Counted from the stretch's first letter, positions 25,346 through 35,548 are shown. The stretch: 64,000 bases of DNA from a virus (IMGVR_UViG_3300031992_000080:12110-76109); one strand, 5' to 3'. A program made the numbers and translations. Notes: generated from the letters alone by a model not told the origin.

Positions 25346-26014
25346 ATGGACATCGACTGTCACGAAGAAGGTTCGCCCGTGAAGGGCATTCTCGTCGGCG
25401 TCCTCGCCTCGCTTGCGTTCGTCGCGTGCTGGATCCTCGTCGCAACGCAAGCCGGTTGCACGACGGACGGCAAGTTCCCGCCCGGCGCCATCGAGTTCGT
25501 GACGAACGTCGCGCAGCGCATCGAGGCGACGATCGAAGAGCGCAAGAACGAATCTCCGGACAAGGGAGCGGATGAGGCGGCGGCCCCGCAAACAACGAAG
25601 CCGTCCGTCTCGACCGCTAGTTCCGCTCCCGAATCCGGCTCTCTTGTTTTCCGCTACGGCGGCTTCGACGGAAGCCGTGCCGTCGAGGATCCGAACACGC
25701 AGATCGCGGATCTGCACATGACGCGATCAAAGCTCACTTACAAATGGGCGAAGGGCTCGCTCAAGAATTGGGGGCTCGCCGACACGGATGCCGGCGCTAT
25801 CGCGTGCTGCTTCTTCTGGGATGGAAAGCAGTGGATCGGGGCCAAGACGGATTGGATTTCGACCTCTCGCACTTCGCGCGATTTCAACAATCTGAATGGT
25901 GGCTACAATGGATGGAAGCCGGAGTTGTATTGGGCGGCCCCGAAGCGTGCGTTCTGCATCGTGTCGCGTGATGGCAAGAAGCGCACCAATCTTCTGGAAA
26001 CGACGGAGCCGTAG
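25346..26014 (+). CDS. Putative lipoprotein
   Basis: Hydrophobic stretch ending TQAGC (lipobox-like), linker, Trp-rich C-terminal domain; start may be GTG near 25379. Confidence 0.55.
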   Translation: MDIDCHEEGSPVKGILVGVLASLAFVACWILVATQAGCTTDGKFPPGAIEFVTNVAQRIEATIEERKNESPDKGADEAAAPQTTKPSVSTASSAPESGSLVFRYGGFDGSRAVEDPNTQIADLHMTRSKLTYKWAKGSLKNWGLADTDAGAIACCFFWDGKQWIGAKTDWISTSRTSRDFNNLNGGYNGWKPELYWAAPKRAFCIVSRDGKKRTNLLETTEP

Positions 26015-26018
26015 GGTC

Positions 26019-26441
26019 ATGGGCACGAGCGAGAACCAGAGCCACGCCAAGCAGAAGGAGTTCGACAGCTACGTCGAACTCGTGGACGGCTCGAAGATGC
26101 TGATGAGCGAGAAAGAGTCGTGCCGGCGACTTTTGGCGACGAGCTACGGCAACACCAACGGGGATCCGCCGGAAGTGAAGCAGAAGAAGATGTGCGAGTT
26201 CGACTGGGAGCTTTCCAAGCACATCGTCCACATGCGGGTGCTTCTCTCGGAGCTGATCCGCACGGTGGGAGACAAGGGCGCAACGGCGCCGGCCAAGCCC
26301 GCCGCGCCCGCGTCCAAGTGGGACCGGATTCTCGACCGGCTCACGCTGTGGCGCAACCAGATCGCCGCCGTCGCCATCGCGGCGTTCTTCGCTCCGCATT
26401 CGGTGGACGTAATCAACGCGCTCAAGGGGTTCACGAAATGA
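26019..26441 (+). CDS. Protein with C-terminal TM segment (holin-like?)
   Basis: NQIAAVAIAAFFAPH hydrophobic segment; position in membrane-protein cluster. Confidence 0.45.
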   Translation: MGTSENQSHAKQKEFDSYVELVDGSKMLMSEKESCRRLLATSYGNTNGDPPEVKQKKMCEFDWELSKHIVHMRVLLSELIRTVGDKGATAPAKPAAPASKWDRILDRLTLWRNQIAAVAIAAFFAPHSVDVINALKGFTK

Positions 26442-27154
26442 GCGAGCAGCCGGTTCAGACGTGGGACGGCGCCGCCGCCCGCGAATACGCGAAGGGCAAG
26501 CTCTCGGAGCTGCTTGGCGAGATCGTCTGGCGGACGCCGGGTGCGAACGACCTGGAACGCCGCAAGGCGCTGGAAATGTCCGCCGACCAGTTCCTGCGCC
26601 AGACCAAAGCCTGGCGAGAACACGTCTTGCTGCCTCCGCCGGAGCCGGCGTGGGGACCCCATCCCTGTTTCTTCTTCGGCCCGCACCCGGGTTTTTTGCC
26701 CTCGGGCGTCCTTGCGTGTAGCGCCCAGACCGGTTCAGGAGTCCCGGTGGGGGTGGTTTCCCCGGGCGCGGGCCTTTTCTTCCGTGCGTGGCCGCGGTGG
26801 CACGGCCCGTTCTGGACGTTCCATCCGGGTCCCGCGCGGATCATGTGGGATGCGCCGTTCGCCCCGTGGGCGCTTCCGTGGGGCGGGCCGCCGCCGGAGC
26901 CGGAGATCTATCTCTCGATCGCGCCGGGCGGCGACGAGCTTCCCGAGGAAGTCCTGCGCCGTTGGGGCGCCGCGATTGCGGACGGGGCCTACAACATCCT
27001 GGCGATGCAGCCGAACAAGCCGTGGAGCGACCCGCACGGGGCGCAGCTCGCGGCAAACCGGTTCAACGCCGCCGCCGTGACCGCCCGCGCGGAAGCGGAG
27101 CCAAAAGACCTGCAAGGGCAGCCGACCGCCCGCAACCCAATCCCATTCGTGTAA
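26438..27154 (+). CDS. Head-tail connector / stopper-like protein
   Basis: AIADGAYNILAMQPNKPWSDPHGAQ...F motif typical of podovirus connector proteins. Confidence 0.55.
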   Translation: MSEQPVQTWDGAAAREYAKGKLSELLGEIVWRTPGANDLERRKALEMSADQFLRQTKAWREHVLLPPPEPAWGPHPCFFFGPHPGFLPSGVLACSAQTGSGVPVGVVSPGAGLFFRAWPRWHGPFWTFHPGPARIMWDAPFAPWALPWGGPPPEPEIYLSIAPGGDELPEEVLRRWGAAIADGAYNILAMQPNKPWSDPHGAQLAANRFNAAAVTARAEAEPKDLQGQPTARNPIPFV

Positions 27155-27157
27155 GAC

Positions 27158-28687
27158 ATGACAACGCTCACTCTCCGCTGCAACCTCTACGACAAAACCC
27201 TGGAGCCGGCCCTGCGCGCGGAGCCGGAATCGATTGCCGTCGGCGAGACGGTGAAACTGCGGCTGCTGGGTCTTGGATTCGGCGCAGACGACATGCCGGC
27301 GCTCAATGCCGTGCTTGCGTCGGATGCCGTGACGCCGCCGCTTCGTGCGCGCATGCGGAACGATTCGATCGGCGACATTGCAATCTTTCCGTTCCCCGGC
27401 GACGATCCATCCGAAGGAAACGGTTGGTATGCGGAGACGGTGGATGGCGAGACGGCGACGTGTTGCAATCTCGATCTCGGGACGGCGCAGGCATACGGAC
27501 TGTTCGGCGGGGCGCCGCAACCAGATGGCGTTCGCAGAAAGGTCCGGCTTATCATCGAGCGGAGCTTCCCGAACGATAGTCCGACGCTCTACGCGAGCGA
27601 CATGTTGACATTGGGGTCGTGGAGCTTCCCCGGCCATGAGTTGCGGTTTCTTGGGCAGCCGAAGGGAACTGACATCACGCAGGATGACTTGCAAGCGGCG
27701 TTGGACAATGCGGCTTCTGGGTTCAAGGCGGAACTTTTGACTCGCGCGGAGCAAATCGCCGCGGCGATGAGCGGCGTCACTGAGGAAACGATTTCGGGAT
27801 TGCGCGACGCTCTTCAGTCCGTGACGGCTGAGGATGTGTCCGGTATTGTCGCCTCCGGGCTTTCCGGGTATGCCAAAAGAGAATATCCGACGATTGAAGG
27901 ATCAATCCGCTTTGAGAACAACGATAATGTCAATGGTTTTTCAGGCGGTTGTTACATTGGCGCCGAGCAAACTCAAGATGAAGATGGGAGTCGTGGCGTT
28001 ATTGTTCTTGGTGGCGAAAAAGATCCCGAACACGCAGAAGCATACATTGGTTCTCCGGTTGTTGACGAAGGGCGAATCGTTACTGTCGGCATGTTGTCCG
28101 GCGAAGTCGCAAGCGGGATCATCGGCCGCAGCTTCGCAGACCTCAAGTCGGGCCTTGAAAACTTTTTTGGCGTCAACATAAACAGCAGCGGGGATTTTGA
28201 TTGGCGCAATGGCAACCCGGTCGCTTCTCCATTGTCCGGCGCGCTTTCCACGCTTGGCATCGGCTCCATCTCCAACGAATCCGATTTCGCCGCAATCCTT
28301 GAGGCAATGGGCCGCGTCGCAAGCGAGTTGTCCGATCGCATCGACAGTCTGAATCCTGGCGGAGCGTCTTCGTTCTGCGAACTGGTCGAAAATTGCATTG
28401 GCAATCGGCTCTCCGGCATCGAAGACCAGATTTCGGGTCTTGCGAGCGCTTCAAATTCTGTCACGAATTACATGTCGAGTATCACGAGTCTTCTTGGTTC
28501 CAATGGCGGTGGAACGGATGCCGCCATTCTCACACGCTTGAGAACGCTGGAATCGGCTGTCGCGGCTTTGCAATCCGGTTCCGGGACGCCTTCCGGTTCC
28601 GGCGAGCACTCCGGCTCCGGGACGCCCGATGACTCCGGCACTGCCGATCCGCCGTTCGCTCCTCCGTTGACTCCGCCAATTGCCTGA
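27158..28687 (+). CDS. Tail/baseplate-associated structural protein
   Basis: 509-aa ORF in structural operon, G/S-rich. Confidence 0.5.
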   Translation: MTTLTLRCNLYDKTLEPALRAEPESIAVGETVKLRLLGLGFGADDMPALNAVLASDAVTPPLRARMRNDSIGDIAIFPFPGDDPSEGNGWYAETVDGETATCCNLDLGTAQAYGLFGGAPQPDGVRRKVRLIIERSFPNDSPTLYASDMLTLGSWSFPGHELRFLGQPKGTDITQDDLQAALDNAASGFKAELLTRAEQIAAAMSGVTEETISGLRDALQSVTAEDVSGIVASGLSGYAKREYPTIEGSIRFENNDNVNGFSGGCYIGAEQTQDEDGSRGVIVLGGEKDPEHAEAYIGSPVVDEGRIVTVGMLSGEVASGIIGRSFADLKSGLENFFGVNINSSGDFDWRNGNPVASPLSGALSTLGIGSISNESDFAAILEAMGRVASELSDRIDSLNPGGASSFCELVENCIGNRLSGIEDQISGLASASNSVTNYMSSITSLLGSNGGGTDAAILTRLRTLESAVAALQSGSGTPSGSGEHSGSGTPDDSGTADPPFAPPLTPPIA

Positions 28688-28692
28688 CATCC

Positions 28693-29808
28693 ATGACACC
28701 CATGTTCAATCAATTTCCTCCTTGCCCGCCGCAGTTCCCGCCGCGCGTTCGACCGTTTCCTCCCCCGCCCCCGCCAATGGCGGCTCCGTTTCCGTCGATC
28801 GACACCGTTCCGATGGCGACGCGGGAGGAACTTGAAGCGGAAATCGCACGTGCGACGGAAGCGGAGTCCGGGCTTGTCGACAGGGCCGTGGAAGCTGCGA
28901 CCGATGCGGCGGCGCGCGATCTTGCCGCCATGCATGCTTCGGTGACAAGCGGCTTGGAGGAGATGCGCGAATACACGCAGCAGGCCGTCGAAAACATGCA
29001 GACGGATGCGGCGCAACGCATGGCATCCATGCAAGCGTCAGTTACCGCGGCGATCTCCAATGCGAATCAAGCGGCGGGATCCGCGGCCGCGATTACTACC
29101 GGGTTTGCACAAGAGGCTGCCGATGCCGCCGCCCGCGATGCCGTCCGCGATTTGTTCTCCTGCGGAGGGCTTGCAACACAAGTCGCCGATGCCGCGGCCG
29201 TGCGAGTTTTGAACACGGTCGAGCCTGCGCTTGCCGTGGTGAACGACATTGAAGTCGGCCTTTCCGGCAAGGCCGACAAAAGCTATGTCGATGCCTGTCT
29301 CAAGCAAGCCGTCGTGATGGTTCAAAGTCCGAACGGTTATTCCCAGATTCAGGTCACCGACGACGGCGATCCGATGTTGCTGCTCTCTCGTCCGTGGCAG
29401 GTCGTTTACCGGGATTCAAATGATACCGTTCGGCCTCTCCGACGCTACGGATGGACGCCGTCTGATGAAATCGAGAACTACTTGGACGGCTCTACGCGGC
29501 ATGGGATCCTTTCTGAAGACGACGACGGCGACGAAGACAGGCGTGTCGTGTTCTTGTATACTTACAACAGTGCGTTAAAATGTGTTATCAAGTCCGCTCG
29601 ATTCAGTAATGGACGCCTTTCGTATTGGGAAGACAGGCAGCCGAGTTCTTTTACCGTTCGGTTTTCAAATGGAATCTATTCCACAACGGATGCGGGAGAA
29701 CAGATCACCATTTATGAATCTGCGTTTCAGCTCTACTACCTTGTGAAGGAATCCGCCATCGGGGCTCTCGAAGCGCGTGTCGCGGCATTGGAGGCGGCGC
29801 AGACATGA
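28693..29808 (+). CDS. Tail fibre-like protein
   Basis: Pro-rich N-terminus, Ala-rich coil, LSGKADKSYVD, ends LEARVAALE. Confidence 0.5.
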   Translation: MTPMFNQFPPCPPQFPPRVRPFPPPPPPMAAPFPSIDTVPMATREELEAEIARATEAESGLVDRAVEAATDAAARDLAAMHASVTSGLEEMREYTQQAVENMQTDAAQRMASMQASVTAAISNANQAAGSAAAITTGFAQEAADAAARDAVRDLFSCGGLATQVADAAAVRVLNTVEPALAVVNDIEVGLSGKADKSYVDACLKQAVVMVQSPNGYSQIQVTDDGDPMLLLSRPWQVVYRDSNDTVRPLRRYGWTPSDEIENYLDGSTRHGILSEDDDGDEDRRVVFLYTYNSALKCVIKSARFSNGRLSYWEDRQPSSFTVRFSNGIYSTTDAGEQITIYESAFQLYYLVKESAIGALEARVAALEAAQT

Positions 29809-30146
29809 ACCGAACGAGCGGAACCATAACGCGACTCCGCGACAAGGTGACGGCGCAGGCGATTCCCGGCGTTTGTCAAATGCCGCCTCCGCCTGTTGTG
29901 AGAACGTTCGTTCCTCCGCCTCCGCCGGCGCCTTTGCCGCTCATGCGGTATCCGCGCATGGACAATCCTTACGCGACGAAGCGAGAGGTCGCGGCGGGAT
30001 TGGACGCCGTGCGCACGGCTCTCAAGGCACGGCTCGATTCGCTCAAGCCCGTCTCGACCAACGAACCGGACACTTGCTACCAGATGAGGGACAGGCAGAA
30101 CGCGCTCGTGGAAAACATGAATGCGCTTGCCGCGAAGAACAACTGA
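29805..30146 (+). CDS. Small Pro-rich structural-module protein
   Basis: 113-aa ORF overlapping the upstream stop. Confidence 0.5.
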   Translation: MNRTSGTITRLRDKVTAQAIPGVCQMPPPPVVRTFVPPPPPAPLPLMRYPRMDNPYATKREVAAGLDAVRTALKARLDSLKPVSTNEPDTCYQMRDRQNALVENMNALAAKNN

Positions 30147-30164
30147 CACAAGGAGACGACAATC

Positions 30165-31424
30165 ATGGCTCAAAATATCACATCTCTCACCGGACAGGGC
30201 GCGATTCGCGTGCTTGGCAACATCCCGTTTTCGGAGGATGTCTACACCGCCGGGCAGGTCGAGACGCGCATCGGCCAGATCGAAGAAGTCGTTTCGGACG
30301 CCATCGCCGAAGCCGTCTCGACCGTCTGGAAGGCGGGCGAGAGCAAGACCGCCGCGCAGCTTACCACGGCACTGCTCGTCGCGGCGAACGAGGGCTACGT
30401 CTACAACCTCACGACGGACGCGACCACCGACTCGAACTGGGCGGAGGGCGCGGGCAAGACGATTCTCGCCGGGACGGACGTGGCGGTCATCAACGTCGGC
30501 ACGGAAAGCGAACCGGTCTACAAGTTCAACGCGCAAGCGGTGCGTGACGCTTCGGCGGTGCGCTCGATCTCCGTGAACGGCGGCGCGGCCGGGACGCCGG
30601 ACGCGAACGGCAACGTGAACCTCACGGTCTCGATCGAGAACACGACCTACACGATCGGCGGGCCGGCGTTCAGCGCGACGAGTGGCACGATCACCCTCAC
30701 GCCCTCGACCGGCACGGCGCAGTCCGTGACGCTCGGAGCCGCGACCTCGACCACCGCGGGCCTCATGTCGGCGGAGGACAAGGAGAATGTCTCCGGGCTC
30801 ATCGTCGCGATGCGCGAAACGGGCGGCGACGTGGCTCGTCTGGAAGGCACGATGAGTGAAATCTCCGGCATCGTTTCCGGTATCGACAGCACCGTCTCCG
30901 GCCTCAAGAACTTTTCGCAAATCACGGTCACCGATTCCCAGGGCGTTACTGTCACGTGTGGCACGATCACGCCAAAATCCAACTCGGACAGCTCTCTCCG
31001 CTTCATGCCGGCGGATGATCATGTGCGGCTCATTGTGGATCAGCCGCATTCCGTCGGCGATTTCACGACGATCGTGATCGGCACGAGCGGTTTTGTATCC
31101 GACGTCAAGATCAACAGCGGCATCAGTATCGTCGATTCCTGCGGTGTCGCGAAAATCCCGCTTGCGGGAAGCGGCAGTGACACTTACGGCGTCGTGAAGT
31201 TGGACCCCGTCGCGTATGGCATGGCCGGCGTCCCGACCGGCGGAGCCGTCTACAACGCGATTTCTGGCGTGAACGAGTCGCTTTCCACGAAGGTTTCCGG
31301 CGGGACCCTGCACACGAATCTCGTGAACCGCTCGCTCGCAAATCCGGCCGGGACTGTGAGCGGCAACACGATTTACGCGCTGCTTGCCGCTCTCCATGCG
31401 TCCGACGGCCAGACAGAATCCTAG
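30165..31424 (+). CDS. Tail fibre / spike-like protein
   Basis: SISVNGG...PDANGNVNL and ATSTTAGLMSAEDK fibre-type motifs. Confidence 0.6.
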   Translation: MAQNITSLTGQGAIRVLGNIPFSEDVYTAGQVETRIGQIEEVVSDAIAEAVSTVWKAGESKTAAQLTTALLVAANEGYVYNLTTDATTDSNWAEGAGKTILAGTDVAVINVGTESEPVYKFNAQAVRDASAVRSISVNGGAAGTPDANGNVNLTVSIENTTYTIGGPAFSATSGTITLTPSTGTAQSVTLGAATSTTAGLMSAEDKENVSGLIVAMRETGGDVARLEGTMSEISGIVSGIDSTVSGLKNFSQITVTDSQGVTVTCGTITPKSNSDSSLRFMPADDHVRLIVDQPHSVGDFTTIVIGTSGFVSDVKINSGISIVDSCGVAKIPLAGSGSDTYGVVKLDPVAYGMAGVPTGGAVYNAISGVNESLSTKVSGGTLHTNLVNRSLANPAGTVSGNTIYALLAALHASDGQTES

Positions 31425-31459
31425 CCACTTCCAAAACAAACCCAACACGCAAAACAACC

Positions 31460-32947
31460 ATGCCAACCAAAAAGGAACAAGCGAACAAGCAGATCGCGGC
31501 GAAGGCGACGGAGCCTTCGTCCGTCTCCGACCTTCTCCGCCACGCCTACGTCATCACCGACGGCTGCGTCCGCTTCGAGCAGTTCAAGCGGCTCTTCGCC
31601 GCGGCCGGACTCGACCCGCTCCCCAAAGTCTGGAACGCCTGCACGCTTCCCGGCCACGGGGCTCTCGGATGCAGTATCTCGCACTACTCGCTCGTGCGCC
31701 ACGCGCTCGAAGAGGACCTGCCGATGCTCGTCGTGTTCGAGGACGACGCGGTTCCCGTGGACGGCGCGGCGGAGAAGCTCGCGGAGGCGATCCGCGCGCG
31801 CCAGCCGGACGCGCTCTGCCTCTCGCTGGGCTGGAACTACGACTCCGACCCGGACAAGGGCGCCGACCGCGGGGCCAAGCGCAAGGTCTATGGCTCGCAA
31901 GCTTACGCGCTCTTCGGGCGGAAGGCTTACGAAGCATACATCGAGACCTACGAGAAGCACGGCTGCGAGGCGGACGCGGTGCTGGGCCTCATGTCCGGCT
32001 CCGCGATGGCGCCGGAAAATCTCTTTGCGCAGTATTCGCCAGTGAAGAGCATCCACTCTCCCGGAGGCTGGACGGCCGAGGCGGAAATCGAGAAGGCGGT
32101 AAACGCCGAGGCGGGTAGCAGACTCTCCAAGGCGCGCGCCGAACTGGCGAAGATGCAGGCCGAGAAGGCCGTCCACGTCGCGTGGTGCATCGACGTGCAG
32201 GGGCAGGGAGCGGCGCAGTTCGCCGACCAGCTCTATGTCTCCGTCAAGTCCGTCCGGGACACGCGCGCGCCGGGCGACTCCGTGATCGCGCACGTCTGCT
32301 ATGCGAACGTCTCCGTTGAACTCATGGAGCGCCTCCATGCGCTTGAGCGCGACGGCTTCAAGGTCGCCACGCGGCACATCACGGACCGGGACCTCGCCTA
32401 CTGGCAGCAGTTCACGAAGCACGACCCGCGCAGCGCGGCCCGACCGTGGGGCGGCATCGTGTTCGCGCGCCTCTGGCTCCCGCTGCTATTGCCGAACGTG
32501 GAAAAATGCGTCTACCTCGACGCAGACACGATGTGCCGCGCGCCGATCTCGGAGCTTTTCTCAAAGCCGCTCCCGGAAGGCAAGTGGCTCGGGATGGACA
32601 TGGGGTCGGTTCCCGAATACGGCTACAACTCCGGCGTGATGCTGATGGACTTCGCCGCCATGCGCGCGGACAAGACGCTCTACCAGCGGCTCGGCGAGTT
32701 CATGCAGAAGAACACGCGTTCTTTCTATTGCCCGGACCAGACCACGATCAACCGCTTCTTCGCGGACAGGATCGCGGAGATCGGGCGCGAGTGGAACTAC
32801 CCGCCCACGCCGGGCGTCGCCGACCCCGCGATGGCGGCGGCGAAGCTCTGGCACTTCTACAACGGGACGCAAAAACCATACCGAATCGCGGGGGACGACT
32901 TCGGGCGCGCGCTCGTCGCGTGGAACAACCAACTTCAAGGAGACTAG
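31460..32947 (+). CDS. Two-domain glycosyltransferase (GT25-like plus GT8-like)
   Basis: GALGCSISH...VFEDDA (GT25); LPLLLPNVEKCVYLDAD, YNSGVMLMD, DQTTIN, HFYNGTQKPY (GT8). Confidence 0.8.
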   Translation: MPTKKEQANKQIAAKATEPSSVSDLLRHAYVITDGCVRFEQFKRLFAAAGLDPLPKVWNACTLPGHGALGCSISHYSLVRHALEEDLPMLVVFEDDAVPVDGAAEKLAEAIRARQPDALCLSLGWNYDSDPDKGADRGAKRKVYGSQAYALFGRKAYEAYIETYEKHGCEADAVLGLMSGSAMAPENLFAQYSPVKSIHSPGGWTAEAEIEKAVNAEAGSRLSKARAELAKMQAEKAVHVAWCIDVQGQGAAQFADQLYVSVKSVRDTRAPGDSVIAHVCYANVSVELMERLHALERDGFKVATRHITDRDLAYWQQFTKHDPRSAARPWGGIVFARLWLPLLLPNVEKCVYLDADTMCRAPISELFSKPLPEGKWLGMDMGSVPEYGYNSGVMLMDFAAMRADKTLYQRLGEFMQKNTRSFYCPDQTTINRFFADRIAEIGREWNYPPTPGVADPAMAAAKLWHFYNGTQKPYRIAGDDFGRALVAWNNQLQGD

Positions 32948-32949
32948 GA

Positions 32950-33405
32950 ATGCCGACCGAACTTGGGAACACTCCGCTGAACACGAACATCGTCAACACT
33001 GGCGACCTTGCAAACCTCGCGCTCGACTCGACCTTGCAGCGCGTTGCGGCGGCGCTTGAAACGGACTCGCGCTACATCGTCCTTCCTTATGTCACGGCGT
33101 CGAGCGGAATCACACTTGCGCTCAACACGGCGGTCTACCGCTCTGCCCTGAACGCGGACGGCACGTTCCCGACGATCACGGCGACGGGCATTCCGACGGC
33201 GGCGGCATACTACCAGTTCGAGCTTGAGCTGGCCGTTCCAAGCACCGTGCCTTCGACCATCACGGGGCCGAGCGGCTGGACGTGGCTCGACGGCCACGGT
33301 CTGCCCGACCCGGCTGACTTGAGCGGCGGCGAGACGATCTGCATCTCGGTGCGGCTGGACTGCACGGCGCGCACGTTCCTCGCGTCGGTTTGGAGGGTGG
33401 CGTAA
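32950..33405 (+). CDS. Tail-module protein
   Basis: 151-aa beta-rich ORF coupled to neighbours. Confidence 0.55.
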   Translation: MPTELGNTPLNTNIVNTGDLANLALDSTLQRVAAALETDSRYIVLPYVTASSGITLALNTAVYRSALNADGTFPTITATGIPTAAAYYQFELELAVPSTVPSTITGPSGWTWLDGHGLPDPADLSGGETICISVRLDCTARTFLASVWRVA

Positions 33406-34658
33406 TGTATCCCATTCCGGCCAACGCGACGCGCATCCGGTACTTGGAAAGTACCGGGACGCAGTACATCGATACAGGGGTATTGTGCGACAACAATACC
33501 AATGTAGAAATTGGAGCGCTCTGGAATACCACATCATACAACATGATTATGTTTGGAGTGCTTGACAATTCGTCTGGCACGACATATCGGTTTATGACCC
33601 AAATTTATAACCAAAACAATCCACAGTCGTATTGGGGGGCGTCGACATCTAGCACGAGAAGCGGCGCGGCGAGAAACGAGTGGCATGATTACGCTCTTGG
33701 GAGCGGAGTTTTCAAGGTGGACGGATCGACGGTGCAGACATGGGCGGACGTGTCGTTCACCACGACGGCAAACCTTTTCGTGCTCGCAAGAAGCCTCAAG
33801 AACGTCAATGACCCGGCGACAATTGCTGATTCGTTTTTTCGTGGGCGTGTCCGGTATGTGCGAATTACGAAATCCGGCGTCCTCGTCCGCGACTTCGTCC
33901 CCGTCCGCGTCGGCACGGTCGGCTACCTCTTCGACCGGGTGAGCGGGCAGCTCTTCGGCAACGCGGGGACGGGCGACTTCGTCCTCGGCCCGGACACGTT
34001 CTCGCAGGGCGTGCTGCCGACGAGGATGTGCGTGATGGGGGTGAGGAAGAAGTTGCCTTACGACGCCGAGGTGGAATACATCGAGATCGGCGGCGACGGC
34101 GCGTTCATCGACACGGGCGTGACGCCGCAGAACAGTCCGTCCGCCACGATTCGCGCACAGTATCTAGGCACATCGCAGTCGAGCGCACAGACGACGCCGC
34201 TCTTCGGGCGAAGAGTTTTCGGCGGAGCAAGCAAATATTTCGCGTTCTGGGTTCGTTCCGACACGCTCAAGATGGCGGTCAACTGGGGTACATACGATAC
34301 GGGCTGGCAGAGCCAAACGACGGACAAGACCGCATTCCACGACTACGCCCTCAACTCGTCCGGCGGCTACTTCGACGGGACAAACTTCGTTTCCGTCGCG
34401 TCAGGCGGGAGCATCGGCGATTGGACTGGCGTTCCGTTGGGCGTCGGCGGTGTTGTGCAGTCTGGCGGCGCGTCGGCATTAGAGACTCGCGGCGTGAAAC
34501 TCCGTATCGCATCGTTTGCGCTCTACAACGGTGGCGTTCTCGCGTTCGATGGAATCGCGGTCCGCAAAGGCCAGGTCGGCTACCTCTACGACAAGGTTTC
34601 CAAGCAGCTCTTCGGCAACGCCGGAACCGGCGCGTTCACAATCGGCCCCGACAAATAG
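33405..34658 (+). CDS. Tandem two-domain putative receptor-binding protein
   Basis: Two copies of Y(L/I)E..G..(Y/F)IDTGV ... VGYL(F/Y)D.VS.QLFGNAGTG.F..GPD. Confidence 0.6.
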   Translation: MYPIPANATRIRYLESTGTQYIDTGVLCDNNTNVEIGALWNTTSYNMIMFGVLDNSSGTTYRFMTQIYNQNNPQSYWGASTSSTRSGAARNEWHDYALGSGVFKVDGSTVQTWADVSFTTTANLFVLARSLKNVNDPATIADSFFRGRVRYVRITKSGVLVRDFVPVRVGTVGYLFDRVSGQLFGNAGTGDFVLGPDTFSQGVLPTRMCVMGVRKKLPYDAEVEYIEIGGDGAFIDTGVTPQNSPSATIRAQYLGTSQSSAQTTPLFGRRVFGGASKYFAFWVRSDTLKMAVNWGTYDTGWQSQTTDKTAFHDYALNSSGGYFDGTNFVSVASGGSIGDWTGVPLGVGGVVQSGGASALETRGVKLRIASFALYNGGVLAFDGIAVRKGQVGYLYDKVSKQLFGNAGTGAFTIGPDK

Positions 34659-34667
34659 GAGACACCC

Positions 34668-35171
34668 ATGTTCGCGAAACTCATCGACCAGACAACGATC
34701 TCGACGACCCCTCCGCGCTCCGCCGTGATCGACGGCGCGTTCGTGTGCGGCACGCTCCCGGAGCCGTATCTCAACTCGCAGGGCTGGTATCGGCTCGAGA
34801 CCACGCCCGCGCCGGAAACGCAGGACGGATACCACGCCGAACCGCGCTACGCCTACGACAACGACGAGGCACCGACGCGCATCGTCCAGTCATGGGAGGT
34901 CGTGCAAGACGCGCCCCCGCCGCCGCGCTCGATCAGCAAGTTCAAGCTCAAGCTCGAGATCGCCAAGCGCGGTCTGCTTCCCGCTTTCGAGCAGCTTCTT
35001 GCCGGCTTCGAAGTCGCGCCCGGCTATCCTGCGACGGACGCATTCCGCGATGCTGTGACGCTCGACGAGAACAACGCGGACTTCAAGCAGGCGGTCGAAG
35101 CCGTGAAGAAGACTCTCGGCATCACGGCCGAACAAGTGGAGGAGATTTTGTCCGCGAGCGTCGCGGACTGA
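34668..35171 (+). CDS. Tail fibre assembly / chaperone-like protein
   Basis: Follows the RBP; SISKFKLKLEI...F..AVTLD pattern. Confidence 0.45.
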   Translation: MFAKLIDQTTISTTPPRSAVIDGAFVCGTLPEPYLNSQGWYRLETTPAPETQDGYHAEPRYAYDNDEAPTRIVQSWEVVQDAPPPPRSISKFKLKLEIAKRGLLPAFEQLLAGFEVAPGYPATDAFRDAVTLDENNADFKQAVEAVKKTLGITAEQVEEILSASVAD

Positions 35172-35236
35172 ACATCGTCCGCGGTCCGGGTGGGCCGCGG
35201 CATTCCAAACAACAACAACAACAAAAGGAACGAACC

Positions 35237-35548
35237 ATGACACACGAAACGAAGAAGCGGGTCAAGGCGGATGCGTTTGCCGAAATGCGGCGCACGGCGC
35301 TTGCCTGCATGATGGCGGTCGTCGGGACCGACATCGAAGACACCTGGGACGGCGTGATGAACGCCAAGGCCAAGGTCGGGAAATACGGCGACGAGTCCGA
35401 ACGCGCGGCGTTCGACATGGCGCAGGACAAGTGGATGCACGCCTATCTCGAGGAGTGGACCTGCGAAAAGGTCCGCGCCGCGGAAGCGCTGCTCGAACAC
35501 GAAAAAGACGCCGAACACGAGGAAGCGCTTGCCGCCAAGCGCGCCTAG
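35237..35548 (+). CDS. Hypothetical protein
   Basis: CAA-rich leader plus AAGGA RBS. Confidence 0.6.
   Translation: MTHETKKRVKADAFAEMRRTALACMMAVVGTDIEDTWDGVMNAKAKVGKYGDESERAAFDMAQDKWMHAYLEEWTCEKVRAAEALLEHEKDAEHEEALAAKRA

Noticed and set aside
33405-34658. Possible diversity-generating retroelement target
   Set aside because: No reverse transcriptase and no template repeat seen in the window; differences between the two domain ends are not adenine-specific.
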